From positions 1 through 59,642 of the forward strand of contig JAJISJ010000001.1 of NCBI GenBank assembly GCA_022848765.1: a DNA stretch of 59,642 nt, given 5' to 3'. This DNA comes from Thermoplasmatota archaeon (GTDB lineage Archaea; Thermoplasmatota; E2; DHVEG-1). The notes beneath the pieces were generated by a model, which searched no databases, was not told the DNA's origin, and saw only the letters and a list, made by a program, of their open reading frames with translations. How positions within the stretch are numbered: position 1 is the first letter of the stretch; every line of letters starts with the position of its first letter. A program made the position numbers and the translations under genes. This document shows positions 1 through 9,967 of the stretch, one piece after another.

Positions 1-144
1 CCCCTTAAAATAAACAACATTATCAAATTTAGATTCAGGTTTCTTATTATGATATAAACCTCTTACCTCATATCCTTCAGAGGATAATCTTTGTATCAAA
101 GCACTACCAATAAAACCTGATGATCCAGTTACAAGACACTTCAT
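1..144 (-). CDS. NAD-dependent epimerase/dehydratase (extended SDR) family, N-terminal fragment; the gene runs off the window start
   Basis: Reverse translation of 144..1 reads MKCLVTGSSGFIGSALIQRLSSEGYEVRGL..., a GxxGxxG Rossmann start. Its ATG overlaps the TGA of the upstream UbiA gene (ATGA at 141-144). Absent from the ORF track because it is truncated. Confidence 0.6.
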   Translation of the reverse strand, partial: MKCLVTGSSGFIGSALIQRLSSEGYEVRGLYHNKKPESKFDNVVYFKG

Positions 145-1136
145 ATTTCCTTCCCAAACTCATATCTACCTCTAAAAAAATATTGTAAAATTATAGTTAT
201 TGAAACCGCAATAAGAAAAATAATCAAAGCATCAAATATTTTAGAAATACCAAAAATAAAAGCTGATGCTAAGGTAATTCGTTCAATAACAAAAAACTCA
301 TGAGCCCTCAATGCTTTCTTCCTTGAAACAGCATCTAATGATCTAAAACAACATAAATAAATAATCAAAACAATTAGAACAACAATAGCCAATAATAAAT
401 AATAAATATCATTTAAAAAACCGTAAATATAAGGGATAAAAAACGCAAGAGAAATCCAAATAATTGTTAAAAACAAGGCAAAATAAATCGATTTTTTTAT
501 GCCATATTTAACTGGGAAGGTCATATATCCACCTATTTTGTCACCTTTTACATCTCTAATAGCACCTATTAAATTACTATTAATATCATGAATTATGAAA
601 ATCAGTGAAACTAACCCGATATAAAGAGGAATAGCAATAATTGAATCATAAATTGAAAAAACTCCAAAAAAGAATGCAACTCCCGTTATTAATCCTCGAT
701 TAATATTTCCAATCATACCTCTAGATTTTGAAAATTTTGCATAAGATAAAACTAATACACCTGCAAAAACAGAGATAATTAAATTATTAATACCAAGTGA
801 GTAAGAAAGAAACAAGCCAACTAATGCAAAAAAAGCCCCAATTATCAGAATCTCATATGATTTAATCCTACCTGAAGGAATAGGTCTATGATTCTTCTGA
901 ATCTGATCAAGTCTCCTATCAAAGAAATCAGATAATGAAAGACCAGCAATCCATCCCATTATTGGAATAAATGTTGTAAATAATGCAATATCAAAATTTG
1001 GAAATGAACCATTTGCAATACAAGCTCCAGCTAAACTAACAAGACCACACCATAAAAGTGTATAAGGCCTCGTTGTTTCAATGAAAGCAAAAACCCTTTC
1101 TTTCCTTGAGAAATTAGTATTTGAATTATCTTCCAA
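141..1136 (-). CDS. UbiA-family aromatic/isoprenoid prenyltransferase (polytopic membrane protein)
   Basis: Multiple hydrophobic helices. First Asp-rich motif DFFDRRLD (DxxDxxxD) and second motif RDVKGD are typical of the UbiA superfamily. Confidence 0.85.
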   Translation of the reverse strand: MEDNSNTNFSRKERVFAFIETTRPYTLLWCGLVSLAGACIANGSFPNFDIALFTTFIPIMGWIAGLSLSDFFDRRLDQIQKNHRPIPSGRIKSYEILIIGAFFALVGLFLSYSLGINNLIISVFAGVLVLSYAKFSKSRGMIGNINRGLITGVAFFFGVFSIYDSIIAIPLYIGLVSLIFIIHDINSNLIGAIRDVKGDKIGGYMTFPVKYGIKKSIYFALFLTIIWISLAFFIPYIYGFLNDIYYLLLAIVVLIVLIIYLCCFRSLDAVSRKKALRAHEFFVIERITLASAFIFGISKIFDALIIFLIAVSITIILQYFFRGRYEFGKEI

Positions 1137-1200
1137 TAACTATAACCCCATTTAATCAAAGTAATTAATATCATCCAATTTAAAATCTTTTAAAAAACTA

Positions 1201-2592
1201 TTAAATATATCCCGTTTCCTTAAATTTACCAGGATCAACCTTTGTAATAATACGAGGCTCTTTTCTACTAACATTTTTGACCTCCTTTGCTTCAATTATT
1301 ATATCATTACCAAAATAATCCTGAAATCCATTTTTTAAAACAGAGAAAATTTTATCAACAGAAGGACCCTCATTTCTAAGTTTTTCATCAATAACGGCTT
1401 GAATCTCAAATTTCTTAATATCATGTTGAATTACTTTAATATCTCTAAATTTACTTGTTTTTAACTCATACAAAAGCTTACTAAAAATACCTGTTATAGA
1501 CATTGCCAATACTTTCTTACCATCCCGCCTATATAAATAAATGCTATCTCTACCATGTATCTTCTCAATAAGATCACCCGCTAAACCGCAATTATGTTTT
1601 TCATATAGCGGAGAAACGATATCATTTATAGCATTATAACGAATAATCGGAGTACCCCCGCCATATAATTTCGTTACAAGAATATGACCAGGTTCCTTTG
1701 AAGAAACAATACGATTATTCTCAATAAATTCAACGTGTAATAAATCCGACATAACATGATATTTACCGAATTCTTTACATTGAAAGGCAATAGGACCAGT
1801 CTCAGTTGTTCCATAAACTTCAAAAACCGGTGCATTAAAAATATTTGAAATATATTTCTTTAAAGTTGGATCAAGAAGAGACCCAGTTGAGGCAATCACG
1901 CTGGGTTTAATATTTTTACCAAAACCATCTTCCTTTAAAACAGCTAAATGTCCAAGCATGCCTGTATATCCGCCAATAAAATCTGGTCTAAAAGAATTTA
2001 ATTCTTCAATAATCTTTTCAGGTTTATCATTCGTATCAAGCCATTGCAGATTCTTCAAATATGATTGAAACCAAGCTTTTGGGAATAAACCTTTTTTAAC
2101 ATAACCAGTCTCAGCAGTATTAGGAGCAAAATCACCAATAATACTAATTTTATGTTTCCTCCAATTCAAATCATACTCTTTAACCGTTCTAAGATACCCA
2201 AATAATCCCATTATGATATCAAACATATCAACAAAAATCGATAATGATTTCCCAGTTGTACCTGAGGTTGAAACTGTAACAAATTTATCCTTATTTTTAT
2301 TCTTAGGAATAAGACCATCAGGATAATAAGATTTAATATACTCCTTTGAAATTATAGGAAGCTTGTAAATATCACTTAAGCCTCTAATATCCTCAACTCT
2401 AATTCCAGCTTTTTCATACAACTCTTTATACATTGGAACAGTGAAAGCATATCGGATTATTTTTCTAAATTTTTTATCCCTAAATTGCTTTAATTGATCA
2501 TCATTAAAACGTCTAAGATTATTAATATCTATAAAATAATTCTTCAAAATTTTAAGAAGAAAAAAAGGATTATAGAAAGGATTCAAAGACAT
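1201..2592 (-). CDS. Adenylate-forming enzyme, phenylacetate-CoA ligase / coenzyme F390 synthetase-like (PaaK/CapK family)
   Basis: AMP-binding P-loop-like motif STSGTTGKS, a YGTTE motif, and length and N-terminal region typical of the PaaK/F390 synthetase family. Confidence 0.75.
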   Translation of the reverse strand: MSLNPFYNPFFLLKILKNYFIDINNLRRFNDDQLKQFRDKKFRKIIRYAFTVPMYKELYEKAGIRVEDIRGLSDIYKLPIISKEYIKSYYPDGLIPKNKNKDKFVTVSTSGTTGKSLSIFVDMFDIIMGLFGYLRTVKEYDLNWRKHKISIIGDFAPNTAETGYVKKGLFPKAWFQSYLKNLQWLDTNDKPEKIIEELNSFRPDFIGGYTGMLGHLAVLKEDGFGKNIKPSVIASTGSLLDPTLKKYISNIFNAPVFEVYGTTETGPIAFQCKEFGKYHVMSDLLHVEFIENNRIVSSKEPGHILVTKLYGGGTPIIRYNAINDIVSPLYEKHNCGLAGDLIEKIHGRDSIYLYRRDGKKVLAMSITGIFSKLLYELKTSKFRDIKVIQHDIKKFEIQAVIDEKLRNEGPSVDKIFSVLKNGFQDYFGNDIIIEAKEVKNVSRKEPRIITKVDPGKFKETGYI

Positions 2593-2661
2593 TTCAATTT
2601 CACAATTCCACCCTATATAAAATATTACTTATATACATAACTCATATTCTAAAATAATAAA

Positions 2662-3975
2662 ATGAACATATTAATCATCGAATCGATAAATGTACAAAAA
2701 TACAAATACAAATTATTTGAAAAAACACTATTATCCTCATTTTCAATACTACCATCATTATATCCAAGAAGATTAGCAGCAATCACACCAAAAAAACATA
2801 AAACACATGTTTTCAACGAAAGATACGAACAACTAAAAATAAATAAAAAATATGATCTTGTAAATATCCATTTCAACACAGCCTCAACAAAAAAAGCATA
2901 TGAAGTAGCAGATAAATTCAGAGGAAAAAAAGTCAAAGTAATATTAAGTGGATTACATGCATCTGCATTACCAAATGAGGCTCTAAAACATGCTGATAGT
3001 GTATTATTAGGACGAGGGGAATTAAATTGGATTACGCTACTCAAAGATTTTGAAAATAACAAATTAAAAAAAATATATCCCCCTGAAGATTTTATAAAAT
3101 CAAATATTAAAATTCCCCCTACAAACATAAAACTACCAGGTTTCATGATAACAGGTGCAATAGAAGCAACGCGAGGATGTCCATATCAATGCACATTCTG
3201 CCCAGAGACAAACACACCAAATGGAAATAAATATTATGAAAGACCGATTAAAGAAGTCATAAACGAAATTAAAGAAATACCTCAAAAAACAATAATTTTT
3301 TATGATAATTCATTAACAATAAATCCTGATTACACAAAAAAACTTTTTCAGGAAATGAAAACACTAAGAAAAAAATTCTTCTGCAATGGAAACGTAGATA
3401 ATCTAGCAAATGACATCGAACTCGTAAAATTATCAAAACAAGCTGGATGTATAGCATGGTTAATAGGATTTGAATCAATATCGCAAAAAACAATGGACGA
3501 AATAGGGAAAAAAACAAATAAAATCGAAACCTATGAAAGAGCAGTTAAAAACATACATAAGAATAAAATGGTAGTGATAGGAGATTTCATGTTCGGTTTC
3601 GATAATGATACAAAAGATGTATTTGAAACCACTCTTAAAACCATAAAAAAAATGAAAATAGATATAGCAGATTTTTCTATTTTAACTCCATTCCCTGGAA
3701 CACCTATATATAATACTTTAGAAAAAGAAAATAGGTTATTAACAAAAGATTGGGTAAAATACAACATGCATAATGTAGTATTTCAGCCTAAAAACATGAC
3801 ACCTGAAGACCTTCAGGAAGGTGTTATAAAAATATATAATAATTTTTATTCAACAAATCATACAATAAAAAGAATTGCAAATAGTATTAAATTAGGGTTT
3901 TACCCTTTTTTCTTAGTATTATTTAGAAATACAATAACATCTATGGGAATTAAACAATTCAAGAAAAAATTATAA
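2662..3975 (+). CDS. B12-binding-domain radical SAM protein (paralog of 13364..14671)
   Basis: Canonical CPYQCTFC (CX3CX2C) cluster motif after an N-terminal Rossmann-like B12-binding-type region (VILSGLHASALP). About half the residues are identical to the second copy over the core. Confidence 0.85.
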   Translation: MNILIIESINVQKYKYKLFEKTLLSSFSILPSLYPRRLAAITPKKHKTHVFNERYEQLKINKKYDLVNIHFNTASTKKAYEVADKFRGKKVKVILSGLHASALPNEALKHADSVLLGRGELNWITLLKDFENNKLKKIYPPEDFIKSNIKIPPTNIKLPGFMITGAIEATRGCPYQCTFCPETNTPNGNKYYERPIKEVINEIKEIPQKTIIFYDNSLTINPDYTKKLFQEMKTLRKKFFCNGNVDNLANDIELVKLSKQAGCIAWLIGFESISQKTMDEIGKKTNKIETYERAVKNIHKNKMVVIGDFMFGFDNDTKDVFETTLKTIKKMKIDIADFSILTPFPGTPIYNTLEKENRLLTKDWVKYNMHNVVFQPKNMTPEDLQEGVIKIYNNFYSTNHTIKRIANSIKLGFYPFFLVLFRNTITSMGIKQFKKKL

Positions 3976-3985
3976 CATAATTTTA

Positions 3986-5473
3986 TTATAAGCTAAAGAT
4001 TAGAACCTCTACATCATCAGTTGCTGTATTACCATCATTATCATATAATGTAACAGTAATTGTATATTTACCTAAAGATAACCTATCCCACTCATATGAA
4101 TAAGGTGACTCAGATACTGTAGCTGAAAATTCTCTAATGGGCCCTATAATATTATATTCAACTTTATCAATACCTGCTTCAGCTTCAATATCAACTTCTA
4201 TAGTTAATTTTCCAATTACATATGTTTTAGATACTAAACTATTATCCTTTTCTCTACCAAAAATATAATGCTTAAAATCTCCAGGAATTGTAATAACAAT
4301 TGAAGGTGGTGCCTGACTAATCTCCTCAGTAACTTTAACACCATGAGTCGCGTCAGCATAATATGCATCGAAAGGCTTTGTATTTCCATCGGGATCAGAA
4401 TTAGCTGGGTTTGAATCGGAGTTAAATACAACAGCCATTATCCATAAATTATCCTTATTAATACCCTCTGATACTTCCCAAATTTCGGAGACAGTTTTAT
4501 CCTCATTTATATTTAACTCAATTTCTTTATTATATCCATAATCAATTAATGTATATGAATACCTTTCATTATCATAATTCCTCCAAGAACTTGTTATCTC
4601 AGTTATATATATCTTAAGTCTACCAGTATACTTCCCATCATCATTGTTTTTGATTTTAACTGTATTTTTTAATTCGCTTCTTGTTTCATTCCATTCTGAA
4701 GTTAGATTTAAATAAATATTTGGAACATCCCGATTATTTGCATCTGCAAGTGATTGTTGAAATTTTGATCTAAAATTATCTGATCCTAATATTACATCGT
4801 AGCCCCCATCGATATAAACAGTTGGAAAGCCATAAAAATTAAATTCATCTCCCCCTAATCTATTTTCTGCAATGCTGTTTTTATCATTAACCAAGGTTAC
4901 ATAATAAAAATCTGGGTTATCAGGATCAAAAAGTTCATGCAAAATTTCAGCTACATCAGGACAATTTGAACACCAAGTTGCAGAACCCTCTTCAACAAAA
5001 ACAACATGTGAACTCACCATATCATCTTGATCATCATCTCCATTATCATCTTCTTTAGTAACAGTAATTATATAGTAAGAATCATTTTGAATAGGAGATC
5101 TAACTGGTCCATTACTTGCAGCATCATTTATTTCAATATAATAATAGAAATCATCATCAGAATTTGAAGGAGTCGAAATATTTACACTACCATTTAAAAC
5201 TGAGAGTATTATCCACTGATTCTCATTTTCACCATGATAATATAGAGAAGCATCTGTAACTTCAATATTATCTGAAAAAATAACATCAATTTTTACAAAT
5301 TCACCAGCCATCACAGATATATTTTCAGTTACAGAAATAAATTCAGGAGGCTCAGTATCCTCTTCTTCCCCAGTAAAAAATATGAAATAAACTGCAGAAA
5401 TTAGCAGAACAGCTACAATAATAACAAATATTAGCTTCTCAATATATTCCATATTTAATATATTAAAATACAA
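3986..5473 (-). CDS. Membrane-anchored/secreted thioredoxin-fold protein (WCSNCP) with a C-terminal Ig-like module
   Basis: N-terminal hydrophobic anchor. ATWCSNCP CxxC motif followed by GFPTVYIDGG (thioredoxin-fold cis-Pro region). The C-terminal about 60 aa resemble the C-termini of both C1 peptidases in the window. Confidence 0.6.
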   Translation of the reverse strand: MYFNILNMEYIEKLIFVIIVAVLLISAVYFIFFTGEEEDTEPPEFISVTENISVMAGEFVKIDVIFSDNIEVTDASLYYHGENENQWIILSVLNGSVNISTPSNSDDDFYYYIEINDAASNGPVRSPIQNDSYYIITVTKEDDNGDDDQDDMVSSHVVFVEEGSATWCSNCPDVAEILHELFDPDNPDFYYVTLVNDKNSIAENRLGGDEFNFYGFPTVYIDGGYDVILGSDNFRSKFQQSLADANNRDVPNIYLNLTSEWNETRSELKNTVKIKNNDDGKYTGRLKIYITEITSSWRNYDNERYSYTLIDYGYNKEIELNINEDKTVSEIWEVSEGINKDNLWIMAVVFNSDSNPANSDPDGNTKPFDAYYADATHGVKVTEEISQAPPSIVITIPGDFKHYIFGREKDNSLVSKTYVIGKLTIEVDIEAEAGIDKVEYNIIGPIREFSATVSESPYSYEWDRLSLGKYTITVTLYDNDGNTATDDVEVLIFSL

Positions 5474-5530
5474 TTTATTATATATATAAATTTATCGAAT
5501 ACTTTACCATATGCAAAATTTGTTATATAT

Positions 5531-6391
5531 TTACTCAGGAATTGCTGCAGTGGATTGATCGGTAACAAATCGCAGATACCTCTGATTATACTGTCCACTC
5601 TGATAACCATCCCTAAATTGAGGGACCCAATGAGAAATAGCTGATATCACCTGTATATTATCCTGAGAAATATCCTCATATATATTGCCTTCATGATCAT
5701 CATTACCATCAAAAATACCTGTTATTGTTTTTGGAGAATTCGGCATGAGTAAAATAAATTGATTTATTGCATAGTCTAATAAAGCGAAATGATAAGGAAT
5801 ACCATCATTATTAGCCCAACGTGACTCAATTTCAGTTACATAAGAACGTAATTTACCAAAGTACGGTTTTGATCCCTCGTTAGTTATTGTTAATGTAACT
5901 GTTATTTTAGCATTACCATCCCAAGAAACACTTGATTCAATTATTAATGGTTGATTGGGGTTTCTTTGGCCTTCCTCTTCAATAATATCACGATATTCAT
6001 CCTCTGTAGCATCAACTGTCATCATTCTTCCAATTAAGTTTGTATTTCCACCATCAAAATATACAGTTGGAAAAGCATAAATCGCATAAAATCCAAAACT
6101 ATAATCTTTATTTCTATCCTTAGCTATAGGATTCATATCATCCACAAGAGCTACATAATTAAAAGGGTAATCTCCACTTTCATAAATATTATATAAAGCT
6201 TCAGCTGCAAATGGACAGTTAGGGCACCATGTAGCTGTACATTCTTCAGCAAAAACTGTATGAGTAAAATCTAAAGTTTCAAGTTGTTCATCTAAATGAA
6301 TATTTTCTCTCTCAGATAGATTTGCACTAGCGCTTCCAAAATAAGATGATATCAATACCATCAATATTAATAATATTAATATTTTTTTCAT
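5531..6391 (-). CDS. Secreted thioredoxin-fold protein (TWCPNCP), tandem paralog of 3986..5473
   Basis: Probable start is MKKILILLILMV (signal peptide) at 6391, preceded by GGGGAC 8 nt upstream; the ORF-track start at 6469 is probably an extension. Has the CxxC motif and AFPTVYFDGG. Confidence 0.6.
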   Translation of the reverse strand: MKKILILLILMVLISSYFGSASANLSERENIHLDEQLETLDFTHTVFAEECTATWCPNCPFAAEALYNIYESGDYPFNYVALVDDMNPIAKDRNKDYSFGFYAIYAFPTVYFDGGNTNLIGRMMTVDATEDEYRDIIEEEGQRNPNQPLIIESSVSWDGNAKITVTLTITNEGSKPYFGKLRSYVTEIESRWANNDGIPYHFALLDYAINQFILLMPNSPKTITGIFDGNDDHEGNIYEDISQDNIQVISAISHWVPQFRDGYQSGQYNQRYLRFVTDQSTAAIPE

Positions 6392-6516
6392 TAACAAGTC
6401 CCCATTATTTTTCAAATTAGTATTTATTATATTTATTACCATATATTTAATATTAACGCTCGTTAACAATAATTAAATCGAAAAAAAAATTGAAATCCGA
6501 AAGTAGGAAATACAGT

Positions 6517-7326
6517 TTAAATGTCTAATTTATCGATCTTTATATTACCATTTGAAGTATGAATATCAATTTGATTTCCACCATCACCAAGTTGACCTAC
6601 CTTATGTTTCTCTTCAGATAATGATAAACTTAATCCCAAATCATCATCAATTGTAATATAACCATTGGATGTAGAAATATCTAACTCAGCATTAAGTGAT
6701 GGATTGATATATAATGTAATTCCACCATTACTGGTCCTAATCTCAATATCATCTTGAAAATCAAATATTTCTGCATCAATTCCCAAATTCGAAGATTTTA
6801 GATCCATAACTCCTTTTGTATTCTTAATTTCAATTCTACCGTTACTAGTTGTAGCCTGGATAAAACCATCAACCTTGTCAATAAAAATTCCCCCATTAGA
6901 GGTTGAAGCTATTACGTCTCCTTTAACATCAGAAATATCAATTGCACCATTTGATGTAGAAATCCGGTCAACAATTACATATTCTGGAACCTTAATATTC
7001 ATATCAACAGATGGTTGAGATTGTCTAGTACCAGTATAATATGCTTCAATTTCAATCTCATCGTCATTTTCATTTACATCTATTTCAATATAATCTAATT
7101 CTTCTCTACCAAAGTTTGATTTTTTTACAGCATTAAAGGATATTTTATCTTCATCCCATCCGATTATTTCAATCTGACCGTTAATTGTTGAAACCTTTAA
7201 AACTGTGTTTTCATTTACATCATATTCTCCATTAAAATATTCAGTTGACTGAGAACCAAAACATCCGCTAAATCCAATAGACGTTAATATTAATACTACA
7301 ATAATTACAAAAAATCGTTTATCCAT
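6517..7326 (-). CDS. Lipoprotein with DUF4097-like (putative adhesin) beta-repeat domain
   Basis: Signal peptide with FSGC lipobox. About 8 repeats of TSNG(G/A/R/Y)I..I. Strong RBS GAGGAGGAAG upstream. Confidence 0.6.
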   Translation of the reverse strand: MDKRFFVIIVVLILTSIGFSGCFGSQSTEYFNGEYDVNENTVLKVSTINGQIEIIGWDEDKISFNAVKKSNFGREELDYIEIDVNENDDEIEIEAYYTGTRQSQPSVDMNIKVPEYVIVDRISTSNGAIDISDVKGDVIASTSNGGIFIDKVDGFIQATTSNGRIEIKNTKGVMDLKSSNLGIDAEIFDFQDDIEIRTSNGGITLYINPSLNAELDISTSNGYITIDDDLGLSLSLSEEKHKVGQLGDGGNQIDIHTSNGNIKIDKLDI

Positions 7327-7544
7327 ATTTCTTCCTCCTCAAACATCATTTTAATAATTTATCTGTTAATAAATGTATTTATTTGTGTTAAATTGAAATA
7401 AAAATATCAATTCTAATTTTTTATATAATCAAATATTTTGATCAAATTATGAGCATTTCAATTAAAAAATTAAATATACAAACAACTTTGCATTACAAAG
7501 TTTTATATACCACAAACGACATATTGATATTAAGGTGATATTAA

Positions 7545-8189
7545 ATGAATGAAAAAATTAATTTAAAAGAAATAGAAAAAAAAGCATACAGATTTACTTT
7601 CCAGGACGGCATCTATGACATAATGTTTGGAGTACTACTTGTATCATTTGCCCTTGCACCCATAATTCGAGAGTTAATCGGACTCGGTTACATTTTATTT
7701 TTAGCAATACCAGCACCACTCCTTCTAACACTCGGAAAGAAATATATTACAACTCCAAGGATTGGAATTGTAAAATTTGGGCTGAAAAGACAAGCTTCCT
7801 ATAAAAAATTCGTTACTATCAGTGTTATATTAGTAATCCTAACGGTCGTCTTATTAATATTGACAATTACAAATATCTTTCCTGGTACATTCGGATCCAT
7901 GCTTGATGGATATGCGATACCATTAATTATTGGAATTTCTACGATAATTGGAATGGGCGTATTTGCCTATATTAAGGATTTCCCTCATCTTTGGATCTAT
8001 GGAGTGATTATAGGTTTGGGGATAATTGTTGCAGAAGTATTGTATAAAACTGTGGGCACTCCTTTAGATGGCATCATAACATTTGGCATACCTGGAATAC
8101 TAGTTCTTTTCTATGGAGTAGTAATTTTATTCCGCTTCCTGCGTAAATATCCGTTACCTAAAGAGGAGATAGTCAATGGCAACTATTGA
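7545..8189 (+). CDS. Integral membrane protein, unknown function
   Basis: Five to six hydrophobic segments. RBS GGTGAT 6 nt upstream. Overlaps the downstream wHTH gene by 14 nt. Confidence 0.5.
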   Translation: MNEKINLKEIEKKAYRFTFQDGIYDIMFGVLLVSFALAPIIRELIGLGYILFLAIPAPLLLTLGKKYITTPRIGIVKFGLKRQASYKKFVTISVILVILTVVLLILTITNIFPGTFGSMLDGYAIPLIIGISTIIGMGVFAYIKDFPHLWIYGVIIGLGIIVAEVLYKTVGTPLDGIITFGIPGILVLFYGVVILFRFLRKYPLPKEEIVNGNY

Positions 8190-8502
8190 AAAGAAGACTA
8201 GCGATGACATACAATCCCTTACTTCTATAGATAAGATAATCCATGAACCAGCTCGCCTTAATATATTGGCTCATCTGTACGTAATTGAAAGTGCTGATTT
8301 CCTGTTTATGATGCGTCAAACCGAGTTGACATTTGGAAATCTATCAGCTCACATGAGCAAGCTCGAAACCGCAGGGTATATTAAGATTATTAAAGAGTTT
8401 GTTGGGAAAAAACCGCATACAATGTTAAAAATCACTGGAAAGGGAAAACAAGCATTTGATGATTATAAAAAGCAAATGAAACAATTTTTCAATGAAATTT
8501 GA
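8176..8502 (+). CDS. Winged helix-turn-helix transcriptional regulator (ArsR/MarR-like small wHTH)
   Basis: HEPARLNILAHL ... LTFGNLSAHMSKLETAGYI pattern typical of small wHTH regulators. RBS GAGGAG upstream. Confidence 0.7.
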   Translation: MATIEKKTSDDIQSLTSIDKIIHEPARLNILAHLYVIESADFLFMMRQTELTFGNLSAHMSKLETAGYIKIIKEFVGKKPHTMLKITGKGKQAFDDYKKQMKQFFNEI

Positions 8503-8514
8503 GGAGGAAAAAAG

Positions 8515-8688
8515 ATGAATAAAAATAAAATATTATTCATACAATTTCCATTAGGAATTACATTATCATTAACTGGTGCATTCTTAATGTTTTTCGGAAT
8601 TGGACCATTACCTTTGAGAATAATTTTTGGAATTATTGGAATAACATTAATTCCAAAATCACCAAATATTTTAAAAAATCAGAAATAA
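8515..8688 (+). CDS. Small (57 aa) two-helix membrane protein
   Basis: Not in the ORF track (under 60 aa). ATG preceded by GAGGAGG. Sequence MNKNKILFIQFPLGITLSLTGAFLMFFGIGPLPLRIIFGIIGITLIP... Confidence 0.4.
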   Translation: MNKNKILFIQFPLGITLSLTGAFLMFFGIGPLPLRIIFGIIGITLIPKSPNILKNQK

Positions 8689-8698
8689 CTGAATTATT

Positions 8699-9715
8699 CT
8701 ACAAAGTCGGAAAATATGGACATGCAGCTATACAATTTGAACAATCTCCACCATTCTTAATCCAAAATTTATAACATTTATCATGATCTACAGCCCATCT
8801 AAGAATACCTTTTGAATTAGATTTGGATAAAACTTTAAAAGATGGGTTTTTTTCAAATTGAATAGCTTCAGCCTCACATGATTCAGCACATTTTCCACAA
8901 TTCTCACAAAAACTTTTAACACCAAATTCAATTGATTTATCAACTTCTAATGGTAAATCTGTAAAAACTTTACATATTCTCACACAGGGACCATTTTTCC
9001 TTGTAATCAATAATCCATTTCTACCTAATTCCCCTAATCCCGCATCAATTGCTAATGGAATACTCAAAGCAGTATCATTACCCATTGGAATTGCCTTATA
9101 ACCTAAATTCCGAATAAATTCTGCAACACAAGAAATACAAAAAGCCATTTTTGAATAAACAAATCCTGTTTCCGCACAAGCAATAAAATTAGGTGATTCT
9201 TTAATCAAACTTGGATTCATTTTAATAGTCATAACAACAGCATATTTACACTCTTTCGGAATATTTATCTTATTTCCATCTAAATCATATGAATACACCC
9301 ATAATGGATTCACTTTTGTTATACCAACTTGTGTTGCACCAAAAATGTTGGAAATATTTTTAATTTCCTTAGTGATGGAAATCTTATCTTTAACAAGAAA
9401 TTTTTTTAATTTTGGTTTAGTCATAACAGAATTTGCATCATCTAGTTTATCCCAGGAGAATGCTTCATGAAAATAATCATAAACTGTCCAAGAGCTCATA
9501 ACTTTAGCAAAATCTAGATGCGAGTATCCCTTCTCATTACGTTTAATTATTTTTTTTATATTTTTATATATACCTTTTTGATAAAAATCAGCTTTTTCAT
9601 CATATATCATTCTACCAAAAATATTTTGCCTCTGATCAAATCTTTTTAGATTATTAATAATATATGGTACTAATTCATCTTTGATATTCATAATAAATTT
9701 AAGAATAGTTATCAA
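8699..9715 (-). CDS. Reductive dehalogenase / epoxyqueuosine reductase (RdhA/QueG) superfamily Fe-S protein, cytoplasmic
   Basis: C-terminal twin 4Fe-4S motifs CENCGKCAESC and C-x10-CSNCIAACP. Upstream GATQVGITKVNPLWVYS resembles the RdhA core. No TAT or signal peptide. Confidence 0.6.
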   Translation of the reverse strand: MITILKFIMNIKDELVPYIINNLKRFDQRQNIFGRMIYDEKADFYQKGIYKNIKKIIKRNEKGYSHLDFAKVMSSWTVYDYFHEAFSWDKLDDANSVMTKPKLKKFLVKDKISITKEIKNISNIFGATQVGITKVNPLWVYSYDLDGNKINIPKECKYAVVMTIKMNPSLIKESPNFIACAETGFVYSKMAFCISCVAEFIRNLGYKAIPMGNDTALSIPLAIDAGLGELGRNGLLITRKNGPCVRICKVFTDLPLEVDKSIEFGVKSFCENCGKCAESCEAEAIQFEKNPSFKVLSKSNSKGILRWAVDHDKCYKFWIKNGGDCSNCIAACPYFPTL

Positions 9716-9967
9716 CTATTTGTATTTATTATTGATTCTAACCATAATCACCCCTACTAAAACCAATAACTGCATCACAATTAAGAAATGAATACAAAAT
9801 TCCCTATTTTAAAAAACCAAATCCCCTAATCTCTCGATCAATATCCTTAAAATTTATTTCTTGTTTACATTACAGACATTTTGACATTTTCCATCTCATT
9901 TTTCAAAATATAGAAGATATATTTATAAGTAGGTGATTTATAAATAATTGAGGAATGGTGGGAAAAA

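Noticed and set aside
2649-3146. 165-aa minus-strand ORF, plus 3269-3517, 3531-3767 and 4234-4431
   Set aside because: They lie entirely antisense to well-supported genes (the radical SAM and thioredoxin-like genes). Their low-complexity Phe/Leu/Ile/Ser-rich translations are typical of antisense frames in AT-rich DNA.
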